Positions 12,138 through 22,594 of a stretch of 64,000 nt of DNA are shown piece by piece. The DNA comes from Vermamoeba vermiformis (Eukaryota). The position numbers were made by a program, and so were the translations under genes. The stretch's first letter is position 1, and each line of letters starts with the position of its first letter. The notes under the pieces were generated by a model. The model worked only from the letters and a program-made list of their open reading frames with translations. It was not told the DNA's origin and searched no databases. The stretch is taken from assembly GCA_045837725.1 (NCBI GenBank), contig JBEWZL010000209.1, positions 1-64,000 on the forward strand, read 5' to 3'.

Positions 12138-12817
12138 AGGTCGCATCCTCTTGGACGACAACCTCCCTTGTCGAACGAGGTCACAACCTCCTGGACAACA
12201 TCCTCCCTTGCCGAACAAGGTCGCATCCTCTTGGACGACAACCTTCCTTGCCGAACGAGGTCGCATCCTCTTGGACAACAACCTCCCTTGTCAAATGAGG
12301 TCGCATCCTCCTGGACGACAACCTTCCTTGTCGAATGAGGTTGCATCCTCCTGGACGACAACCTTCCTTGCCAAACGAGGTCGCATCCTCTTGGACGACA
12401 ACCTCCCTTGTCGAACGAGGTCGCATCCTCCTGGACAACAACCTCCCTTGCCGAACAAGGTCGCATCCTCTTGGACAACAACCTCCCTTGTCAAATGAGG
12501 TCGCATCCTCCTGGACGACAACCTCCTTGCCGAACGAGGTCGCATCCTCTTGGACGACAACCTCCCTTGTTGAACAAGGTTGCATCCTCTTGGACAACAA
12601 CCTTCCTCGTCGAAAGAGGTTGCATCCTCTTGGACGACAACCTTCCTTGTCGAACAAGGTTGCATCCTCCTGGACAACAACCTTCCTTGCCGAACGAGGT
12701 CGCATCCTCTTGGACGACAACCTTCCTTGTCGAACGAGGTCGCATCCTCTTGGATGACAACCTCCTGTCAAAATGAGGTTGTGTCCTGTTGGACAACAAC
12801 TTGCCGTCTAAACAAGG
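12138..12817. repeat. Tandem array 2: 40-bp unit, ~17 copies, imperfect hairpin
   Basis: Unit AGGTCGCATCCTCTTGGACGACAACCTCCCTTGTCGAACG with AGGTYG...CAACCT and CATCC...GGAYG dyads. Variants are mostly CpG to TpG/CpA. Confidence 0.97.
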
Positions 12818-12921
12818 TGAAAGGAGGTCACATCCCCTCACGCGGCAAGAAAAGCCCCAGAGGGCCACTAACAACCCCATAACCCATAGGGTGGGCAACC
12901 CTAAATATATATAAAATCCCA

Positions 12922-13140
12922 AGGCCGTCAGACCGTCTGACGCCCTTTGCTGTTGCAGTGCATGACTGAGGGTGCAGGTGCAGGTGCATGTGCAATGCCT
13001 TTGCACCTGAGGCCGTCAGACCGTCTGACGCACCCCCCCTTTCCAGAGGCCGTCAGACTGTCTGACGCCCTCCCCCTGTCCCAAGGCCGTCAGACAGTCT
13101 GACGCACCTCCCATCCCTAGGCCGTCAGACCGTCTGACGC
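12922..13140. repeat. Array 3: five copies of AGGCCGTCAGAC-N-GTCTGACGC with variable C-rich spacers
   Basis: Copies at 12922, 13010, 13047, 13084 and 13119. Each has a perfect 8-bp dyad CGTCAGAC/GTCTGACG and only the central base varies (C,C,T,A,C). Confidence 0.95.
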
Positions 13141-14065
13141 CCTCCTGCTGCACCAAGCACAAGGTTACCCATGTTTGAAGTACAATTTTATTTTAAAAAC
13201 TGGCCAGCCCTGGCCCTAAACAGCCTTTAATTGCCTCTTGTGCTTGGAAAAAACCTGGCATGAACGACTAATTTAAAATTTCGGTTTGTTCATCCCAACA
13301 CGCACGAACACGAACACGAACACAAATACAGTGCTGTTGCATTATTTATTTGTCCGTACCCGTGCACGCTCATGTTGCCACCGGTCAATGGTGCTCTCTG
13401 CAATCTTAGGGTTGCAATCGTGCCTAACCCCAACGCAAGTTGATCTCGAGTGCCCTAAGCAGCGCACTGGAGGGGTGAGCTTTTCAAATAATTTATTAAT
13501 TAATTAAAAGTTTGTAATTTTATTTTTTCAGATTTGTTTGCACACTGCAGATCATCGTTGTTTGAAGGCTGGAGTTGGACTGGTGCTTCAGTAAGACATT
13601 ACAAATTATGTTCTTAACTGAAGAGTGGTCGTAGCAAGGCAAGGAGCGTTTGGTAAGTCGAATTAAATTTTAAAATAATTTTCGAGTGCGCGGCATCTGA
13701 CGCTCATTGTTCGTTCAGGGCAGCTGGCCCCCCACGAACTACATAAACATGTGCACTTGAATTTTTGTGCATTGTCACTGCTTGCGACCAAGCCTCCAGC
13801 AGCTAGGTAAGCTGGTTTGAATTCATTTTTTTCACATCGAGCTAACGAAGTCCTGCAAGATCGACCAAGACTTCTCCCAGTGTTGGCAATGAGCATTATC
13901 ACGCGTTACACATTAATTTCTGGTAAGCAAGCAATTTCTTATTAGATTTATCGCTAATATGCTCATTCAGTCGGTTTCTTTCGCTGCATCTGTCATGCCA
14001 ACTGATGGTGCATTCCCCTGCTACAACTGGTTACGACCCACTACGGCCAAGGGTAAGTTAGTTCA

Positions 14066-14330
14066 GGACTTAGTTTTTTTCAGACATCGTCTCCATGCGG
14101 AGACGACCTCCTACGACTTTGTTTTTTTTTGGTAGATCGTCTCCGCGGTGGAGACGACCTCCTGCGACTTTGTTTTTTTGGTAGATCATCTCCGTGGTGG
14201 AGACGACCTCCTGCGACTTAGTTTTTTTTAGTAGATTGTCTCTGCTGTGGAGACGACCTCCTACAACTTTGGGGGTTTTTTGGTAGATCGTCTCCATGGT
14301 GGAGACAACCCTCTATAACTTTATTTTTTA
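14066..14330. repeat. Tandem array 4: ~50-bp unit, ~5 copies, hairpin followed by T-tract
   Basis: Unit GTAGA-TCGTCTCC-GCGGT-GGAGACGA-CCTCCTGCGACTTTGTTTTTTTG. Confidence 0.93.
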
Positions 14331-14617
14331 CTATAACTAATTTTAACCATTAGACAATTGTTTTATGTTGACTGTCAGCCAGAGTCACATGTCACCACAC
14401 AGCTCGCTGGCCCTGCACAACTGCTAGTGACACACCCACACCAACTGCCACATGTGCATGTCATTTGCCCTTGACCTGTATTGTAAATAAAAAAAATTCA
14501 AAGTTTTTATTGTTTTGCAAGTTTTTCAAAGATATTTTTTGTTTTTCAGGGCTAGACCTATATGGCCAGGCCCTACAGTATATATGAATTAACTACTTAC
14601 ATATAGGCTACATTTTC

Positions 14618-15840
14618 GGTGGGAAAAAATAACGGTCACCCACGTGGAGTAAAAATGTTATGCAAAACTTTTGTAACTTCAAAACGAGCCTATTTTTCCG
14701 CATTTTTTGCGGCTAAAATCGACATTGCAAAACTAATGCAAAACTTTGAACACTTGAAAATTATTAAAATTATCGGGACCATTTAGCTTGCCCCCACATC
14801 GTGCCCTTTCAGATCTCAGTAATAAGGCGCGGCAGAAAAATTCTAATTCGTGAATATTAATTTGCGATATATTTCAATATATTTTTCATGCTAATAATCA
14901 ATACCACGCACTGTGTAAGCCCGTTGTAAAAATTCGGATTTGGAATCGCAGATCTTGGTCAGGACAAATGTTTTACAGATGATACTACCGCGAATAATAT
15001 TACTCACCACGTGCATATTTATAAATGGCGTTGAATTCGCCAGTGAATATCATGTCTCCGTGGATTGATGAATCCGATCACTGGAAATTCACCCCGGCGC
15101 AACAAAATTCGCTTTTTGCCGGTTCTATTGCTTGCTATAAGCCCATCTTTTTGAGGGCTGTATCTCCTTTTCTTGTATTGTATCAACACAAGAAATTGAG
15201 CAATTTGGCCTGGGTTTTTGACCGTTACACCTGCGGAATTTTCTGTCTGTAAATTTATCACACAGATGAGCAACACGATCAAAAACTTGAGGATTGCAAC
15301 AGTAATTACACCTCCAGTGCCAGTAATATACGCAGAATTTATCGCAGCACGTACCATCAGCATAATTTGAGGGCAAGAAGCGATTCTGTTGCTTCGGGAA
15401 GGCGTACCGATCGAGACAATCCACATCTCAGCACTACTACTTCAAATATTCTGAGTAGTATCATATTTGTTATTTATATATTCAAGTGCACGTAGGACGC
15501 CAATTTTCGAAGGTCTCAAGCTTCAGCTTGTCGAGATATAATTTAATTAGATTCAGATCTAAATCCGAGTTGAAACGAGGTTGAGACTGATTTCGCCTAT
15601 CATATATAAATATTCACACTCATTTAATTAATTATTAAATAAAATTACTGTAATTTGAGGCACGCAGCCCAATTTACGAATTCGCTGACATTCCGCACAA
15701 TCATTTGCAAGAGTTTTGGCAAATGTTTCGTAACATCACTTTGGGTCGTCAAAAACACGGAAAAATGTGCTCGTTTTGAAGTTACAAAAGTTTTGCATAA
15801 CATTTTTACTCCACGTGGGTGACTGTTATTTTTTCCCACC
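14618..15840. mobile_element. Non-autonomous TIR DNA transposon (~1.22 kb) with 8-bp target-site duplication
   Basis: TIRs begin GGTGGGAAAAAATAAC(G/A)GTCACCCACGTGGAG and are near-identical over ~83 bp (14618-14700 vs 15758-15840), then degenerate. The element is flanked by ACATTTTC at 14610-14617 and 15841-15848. No transposase was recognised inside. Confidence 0.92.
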
Positions 15841-16840
15841 ACATTTTCTTTGCAGCCAGGAGTGGACCCTTTCTGATAACTCTGATACACTGCTGTTTTG
15901 GGGTCTTCTGATAGCACAGTTTGCACAAAGCTGTGGTAATTGATAGTCTTCATTTACAGATGCAGCACAACTCAGTTATGTTGTTGCTCATGACCTTTTT
16001 TCATAATGGGTGCAATTACTATTGTTGGTTTGATTCAAATTCCCCACATTTCAACTGAAAAATATTTAGCTAATTTTTCAGTAATTTTTGTTTACTACCC
16101 AGAAAATTCATACTTGTAATTATTTATGCAACAAATTTGAAAGTCCATCACAACTTGGAAGTGAATCAGATTGGCATTGGGACCAAAGAACTCTCCCTTG
16201 CAAGAGTTTGGTATGGAGCATTGCGGCATAATGCACGTTCTGCACTATGACGTGTCCAATGCCACTGTTCATGAAAGAACAGGTAATTTTAACATATTCA
16301 CAGGTTTGCATCAGGATCATGTGGCAAATGCCACATTGGTTTTACAGCAAGTGGGCCTCCTTGTGGTAGATAGGAGTGTTGGGGATAGGCAAGGACTGAA
16401 TTAAATTGTTAAGCTTAAATATAATAATTGGTTTTACCTTCTGCCTCCCAATGAGGCAGAGAAACCTTTAAGCTCCCCAGATCAACAAATAAGGGAGCTT
16501 AAAGCACAATTGAAAGAATTGGAGGAGCACTTTAAATTGGCTCCACACTGGGAATAGTGTATGCTATTAGTTATTTAATTTGTTAGTTTTATAATAAATG
16601 CTATTTAAATTTTAATGCTGTATGTTATCAATAAACAGCCAGTTTGGCTATGCCAACTTTCTCCTACCAATAAAACATTGCAAAGTGTTTTTACAAAACC
16701 AATAAAAAGAAGTGATACAAAAATAGAGGGTTTTTCTCTAAAAAAAGAAAACATTCAAATTTTCCTGGTTTAACTGACAGAATCAAGCAACAAAGTTTTT
16801 GGCAAGCAGCAACACCTCAGTTCTGCTAAGCTTCCTTTAT

Positions 16841-19800
16841 TTACAAATTGTCAATCCACTTATGCACCATCAAGTAAATTTTATCCATGGAAGCAGGCTT
16901 GGTAATGTAATCATCCATTCCTGCTTGTTTGGCAGATTCAATCAATTGTTCATCTGTATGGGCACTCAAGCCAACTATTATACTAGGTATTGCCTTTGCA
17001 TCAACTTCAATCTGGCGCAGTTTCTTTGTGACTTCCACTCCATTCATAATGGGCAATGTCAAGTCCATAAATATCATTGAGAACATCTCTGGTGAGAACT
17101 TGTCAAGAACTTCTGGGCCAGTACTTGCAACAACAACTTCATGTCCTTGTTTCTTTAGAATGCTGCTCAATAGGGTTTGGTTGATTATGTTGTCCTCTAC
17201 AATCAGAACTGGCTTCTTGGGAAGATCGGAACGAGCACTGTTAATTGCGTTTTGTGTGACAACTTCCTCTTTGTTCTTTTTCTTGCTTCCATCTGCATTG
17301 ACCCATTGTGCAATGATGCTCCCAATCTTGTCAAATGTAGCAGGCTTGCTGATGAAATCATTCATTCCAGCTTCGATTGCTTCAACAATCTTTTCAGGTT
17401 GAGCGTAGGCACTTAGCCCAATGATGAATGTTGAGTTTGGTGTGCTTTGTGCTCGTTCAATTTCTCTGATTTGTCGGGTAACTTCAATTCCATTCAACTC
17501 AGGCATAGCAATGTCCATCAATATGAAGTCGAAATACTCTGGCTTGAACTTTTCCACGGCTTCCAAACCATTGGCTGCTACTTCGCAGGAGAAGCCTTGC
17601 TTCTTTAACAAGCAACGGCACAACACTTGGTTAATGTAGTTGTCTTCAGCTACTAAAACTCGTCTGGTTGGTTCGCGCAGTTTTTTTGGCAATTCGCTGA
17701 GATGCACTTCCTCTGGGGCTGAAGCACACGTAATGCTGAATGCAAAGCCGTGCTGTGAATGCTCTTCATTGTTAACTACTTGAATGGCACTGCCGCCCAT
17801 GACCTTGGCAAGAAGATTGCTGATTGCGATACTGAACCCCGTATTGCTGTAATGAGAGCCCAGACTACGATTTGCAAAGGAGTGCTGATGCAACGAGGTA
17901 AATTCATCAAATGTCTGCTGATTCATCACATAGTTATTGCACGTGATTCGGGTGATGAGTTCTGATAACTTGTTGCTGATGACTTCGGTTGACTGAGTCA
18001 ACACAATTTGACTGCCGCTTGGAACCTTGTCGACAATGTACGTAAGCAGTGAGTGGATGATGTGCGACAAGCATCGTGCGTCCAATTCAAAACGAAGTCC
18101 AAATACTACTGTTTGCAGTTCAAGTGTGATACCGCGCTGTTCGATTCGATCGGCATACAAACGAGCAATATTTGTGACTAAAACTGCTGGATTAATCGTG
18201 GTTGGTGATAATTCAAATTTGTTCGAGTAAAGCTTCGTCAATAGCACGACTTCGTCCATTACGCGTGTTTGATGAACGGTGCATTCTTCTAGATTGTTCA
18301 AATAGTCCTTCATGTCAGTCAAGTCAGTTGAAACGGTCTCGCGGAAGGTCTTGATTGGATCTTGTGTCTTTGTCGCTGCTTGCCAGGCTTTTTCTAGCGA
18401 GAACAGACGCTCAGAAAGCAACTCCCAGCTGCCAGTAATGCCATGCAACGGGTTTCTAATCTCGTGGCAAATCATGTCTATGAACTCATACAGAGCTGTG
18501 TTGAGTTGCCGCAGTTCTCTTGTCTTTTCTCTTACTTCAGACTCGAGATGCATACGCAACCGGCCAAGTTCCAAATGATTTCGCACACGGGCAATGAGCT
18601 CTTTCTCGGAGAAGGAAGTCTTGACGAGGTAGTCATCCGCCCCTGGCATAAATGTGAGCACCGACTTGTCGCAATGTATGAGACTTACCGTGGCTGAGTC
18701 CTTCAACTTTTGCTTCCTCGCCAGCACGTGCTGACAATAAAATCACGGGAATGCTCTTTGTTATTGGGTTGGAACGGATCTTGCTGATCAATCCGAAACC
18801 ATCAAGTCGAGGCATCATAACATCACTTAGTATTAAATCGGGTGGATTAGCGCATGCAATCTTGTACGCCATCTCTCCATCTGTCGCAGTATCCACGTGC
18901 CACCACTTGCTGAGAATTTGCTTGATGTAACTTCGCATGTCGGAATTGTCGTCGGCCAAAAGCACACGATACCGCTTATTAAAAGGATCGTTGGTCATTT
19001 CGAATGAATCCTCGTCTTCGCTTGAAGAACTCAAAGCACTTGTGCCAGTGACGCCTTCACCCCACTGACTTGCTTCGTCGACAATTGATCGCGTGGAAAT
19101 AGACACACTCACGTCCGTAGGTGATTCTTTGATCTTGTCTTTGGGTAAGTGCGAGCTGCCGAGCGGAATTTTGACGGTGAAAGTAGTGCCACTTCCTAGC
19201 TTGCTCGAGACAGTGATGATGCCTCCGTGTAGCTTTGTTAATTCCTGAATAAGAGCGAGACCAATACCAGAGCCTTCAAAACTTCTTCCTTGAGTGTTTT
19301 CAATTCGGTGGAACCGCCGAAACATGTTTGGTAACTCGTGATCGGGGATGCCAACACCAGTGTCGCTGACTATGAACAGCACCTGATCGTCAACCTGCTT
19401 TAACGACGCAGTTATTCGCCCCATCAGCGTAAACTTGAAAGCATTGGATATGAGATTCATAACAATCTTCTCCCACATCTCGACATCGACAAAGACAGGC
19501 TCCGACAACTGATCAAAGTCCAATACGTATTCAAGAGAGGACTGTTCCATCAAGGACGAAAAGAGTTGGCATAGCTCGCGCGTGAGTTTGACTAGATCCG
19601 TTGGCACGAATGCAACCTGGGACCTTCCTGCTTCAAGTCGTGAGAAGTCTAGAATGGTGTTGACGAGCTTCAATAGCCTGAAGGCATTGCGTTGAATCAT
19701 TATTTGTCGCTCTTTTTGTTGTTCATTAAGAGGGTTGTGTTTGTCCGCTAAGGAGTCTGCCAGTGGTCCAAGCATCAAACTGAGCGGGGTTCGGAACTCG

Positions 19801-21714
19801 TGACTGATGTTTGTGAAAAAGATTGTCTTTGCGTGGTCAATCTTGGCCAATTCTTCCGCTCGTTTCTTCTGCTCTTCGTAAGCACGCACTGTATCCAGCG
19901 CTTTTGTGACGTGACTGACTACCATGTCAAAGAAGGCTTGATACTCAGCATCGTACAAACGGCGAGGACTAATGCCTGCAATAAAAACGCCTATTGGAGT
20001 TCGTTGAGAGTTTGATATTAGTGGCAAAACTACTGCATAGTTCGGTGACTCGGGCCAGATTCCTCCAGGTAACGGACCAAACTTCGGCACAAGTTCTGAG
20101 ACTTTGACTTGCTTCATTGACTTCACTGCTTCCGCGAAAGGCCAACCACAGCTTGTCGTATCTATATCAACCTCGAATGGACTAGCAGGAGTTCCAGGCT
20201 CTAGACCGGTCCAAGACTCTAATATAAGCTTGTTTTCACTGTTGAACAAGTAGAGCAGAGTGAAAGGCAGATCCGCTGGGCACGTGGTCAAAGACTTCGC
20301 CATGGACTTGCAAACGTCGCTCACAGTACCCGCTTTGTTTGCACTGCTTACTTCTCGTAGAAGGTTCATTCTTCGCGTGTTTAAAACCTTCTTTGTCGTT
20401 TCTAATGTCACGTCAAGTACGCCAACTACTTGCATATCTTCGTCGAAGATCGGACTTAATGAGAACGTGAAGTAGACTTCTTCTTGAAATCCATTACGCT
20501 CCATGAGCAACAGCAAGTCTTCTTGAAACTTGGACTTTTCGCCTGCCAACGCGCCTCTTAGCATGCCGATCAGATCAGTCTTGAGTTCACCCCAAATGTC
20601 GAGGCCTCTTTTGCCCATCGCAGGGTGTTTGTCTCCAAGATAAGGTCGATAGCTGTCGTTGTATAATAAGATCAGGTTTGGGCCCCACCAAATGCTCATC
20701 GGGTACTCGTTCTTCAAGCAGATGTTGACCGTGAGGATCAGACTCCGAGGCCACGAAGTTATTGGACCTAATTCGGTCTTGCTCCAATCGATATTGAGCA
20801 TATGTTTGCCCATTGCACCTATAAAAACTCGTAAATTCGATGCTGATCGGTTGCCAAATTAGGAACTATTGACACTTACCTCCGGATGCTATCATGTCCA
20901 AAAAATTCGACGGCAAATCGGGAGGTCTTGCGACGACAATGGTTGTGTCGTTATTTTGTTGGTTTTTTTCTTCTTTAGGCGGATCTCTCTTCGCTACGTG
21001 CAAGATTACGGTGAATTTACTGCCTTTGCCAAGCGAGCTCTCAACGGAGATATTGCCTCCCATGAGATCCACCAATTGTTTGCATATTGTTAAACCGAGG
21101 CCGAATCCGCCAAACCTTCCAACGATGCCGGAGTTTGCTTGAGAGAATCTTTGAAACACTCGATCTTGTTCCTCCTGGCTCATTCCAATTCCCGTGTCCG
21201 CGACGCTGAATTCTACTTCGTATTCGTTCTGGCCTTTTAATTTGTATTTCAAACCAACTGTCACGATGCCTTCAGCGGTAAATTTGAGCGCGTTGCTGAT
21301 CAGCACAATGGCGATTTGTTTGAGCTGCGTTTCATCTGACTCGAAATAAATATCTTCGCGAGGGAAATCAACTACGATGTGCTGTTTGGGAAGTAAATTG
21401 GGTTTGAAAATTTTGATGACATCGCTGACAGCTTTATGCAGAGTGACAGTTGTTAGATTCAGATCTAATTTTGAAGCGTGTAGCTTCGCTGCGGTAAGAA
21501 ATCGCCTTGTGATTGCTGTTTGATGAGTGACGCTGACATCTATGCCGTCAATAAAGCCATTTAGCTCCGAATATACCGCTGCATCCATTTTTGTTTTTGC
21601 CGACGAGAGCAATTTTTTGAGTTGCTCGAGGTTTCCTATAATCCCTTGCAAGGGACTTTGTAGCTCGTGGCATATGTTCGTTAAATAATATTGTAAATCT
21701 TCCGGCGCGTCCAT
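16841..21714 (-). CDS. Hybrid histidine kinase: HisKA-HATPase / PAS-GAF / HisKA-HATPase / REC / HisKA-degenerate HATPase / REC / REC (3 exons)
   Basis: H-boxes ICHELQSPL, ISHEFRTPL and ICHEIRNPL. N/G boxes NALKFT-DTGIG-GFGLGL and NAFKFT-DTGVG-GSGIGL. REC motifs SDVMMP, MDIAMP and MDLTLP. In-frame introns at 20819-20879 and ~18644-18688. The GGAMG..DWSKTELGP sensor start is typical of bacterial hybrid kinases. Confidence 0.9.
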
Positions 21715-22594
21715 TTGGGCTATGTAAAAAACTTTCCGTTAATAACGGGTCCTAGCCACGACGTGATGAAAAGCGTGAATGGACATTTATAATTAAATAC
21801 TAATCAATAGAAACCTTTTTTGACTATCATTACCTAATCTAAAACATTGTGCTTCTACTAATACGCTTGCAACAAATAATGAAGCGATTGCGGGGCAGTG
21901 GTTGTGTTTGGCACGCGTCGCGTAAAAAGTGCGGAAATTTCGTAGCGAACGATGTACATCACGCGGGTTCGGCCGTAGCACTAGCACTATCATCACCACA
22001 ACTCACTAGTAGATCCTCAACAGCTTTACAACGCAAGCCCTAATAGATCGTTAGTATAATAAACACAATAAACCCAGCAAGGTTTATCGGAATTCCGATA
22101 GGATTGCTGTTTCGTAAACGCACGAGCTGAAACCAAAAATTACCTTATTGAGATCTATTCTCGCGTTCTGTGTCAGAGCCAAGCCACACCGCAACTGCAT
22201 GCTACATGTTGTATTCTAATTATAAAAAGGCCGAGAGGGGTTAGATGGCAATTAAAGCAGACCAAAAACGGATTTAATTAGGTAAAATTATTAACTAAAT
22301 TAAATCAACGCGTATTGCAATGCCATAGCACATAATTATTTATTGTGCCGTAATTAATTAATTGAAAATTATTCTGACAACATTACTGACCTTTCAAAGA
22401 TTTTCTTTGCATTGCGTCAAATCTGTGTTGGAAACCTCCTCTGGAGTCATTGTTTTCTCCTCTTCGTTGACTAAATTCTTTTAGTTTCGTTTTACGACTG
22501 TCGGGTCGGTACGTTTGAGTGTTCCATGGCAAGGAAAAAGTATTAACTGATCTACCTCTTGCGCCGGCGCAGGTCGTTAAATCCCGCAAGGCAC

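Larger units (their letters stand above)
205..14330 (-). mobile_element. Putative large subtelomeric mobile/replicative element (orphan gene cluster plus hairpin arrays); boundaries uncertain
   Basis: Co-oriented, tightly packed orphan genes including a nickase-motif protein, four palindromic tandem arrays on the inner side, and a left end capped directly by telomere. No TIR or TSD can be shown because the left end is missing. Confidence 0.35.

Noticed and set aside
12125-13006. Many overlapping ORFs on both strands
   Set aside because: These are by-products of the stop-poor 40-bp tandem repeat, whose period is not a multiple of three.
12922-13140. CRISPR-like repeat-spacer pattern
   Set aside because: Spacers are only 13-15 nt and similar to one another, there are no cas genes, and the context is eukaryotic.
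13405-13432. TTAGGGTT...CCTAACCCC as a possible telomerase RNA template
   Set aside because: It does not give the ~1.5-repeat CTAACCCTAA template and there is no supporting structure.
15019-15426. Transposase inside the TIR element
   Set aside because: Only short ORFs are present, with no recognisable catalytic motifs.
18633-18727. Programmed frameshift between overlapping kinase ORFs
   Set aside because: It is explained by an ordinary short GTAAGT...CAG intron.
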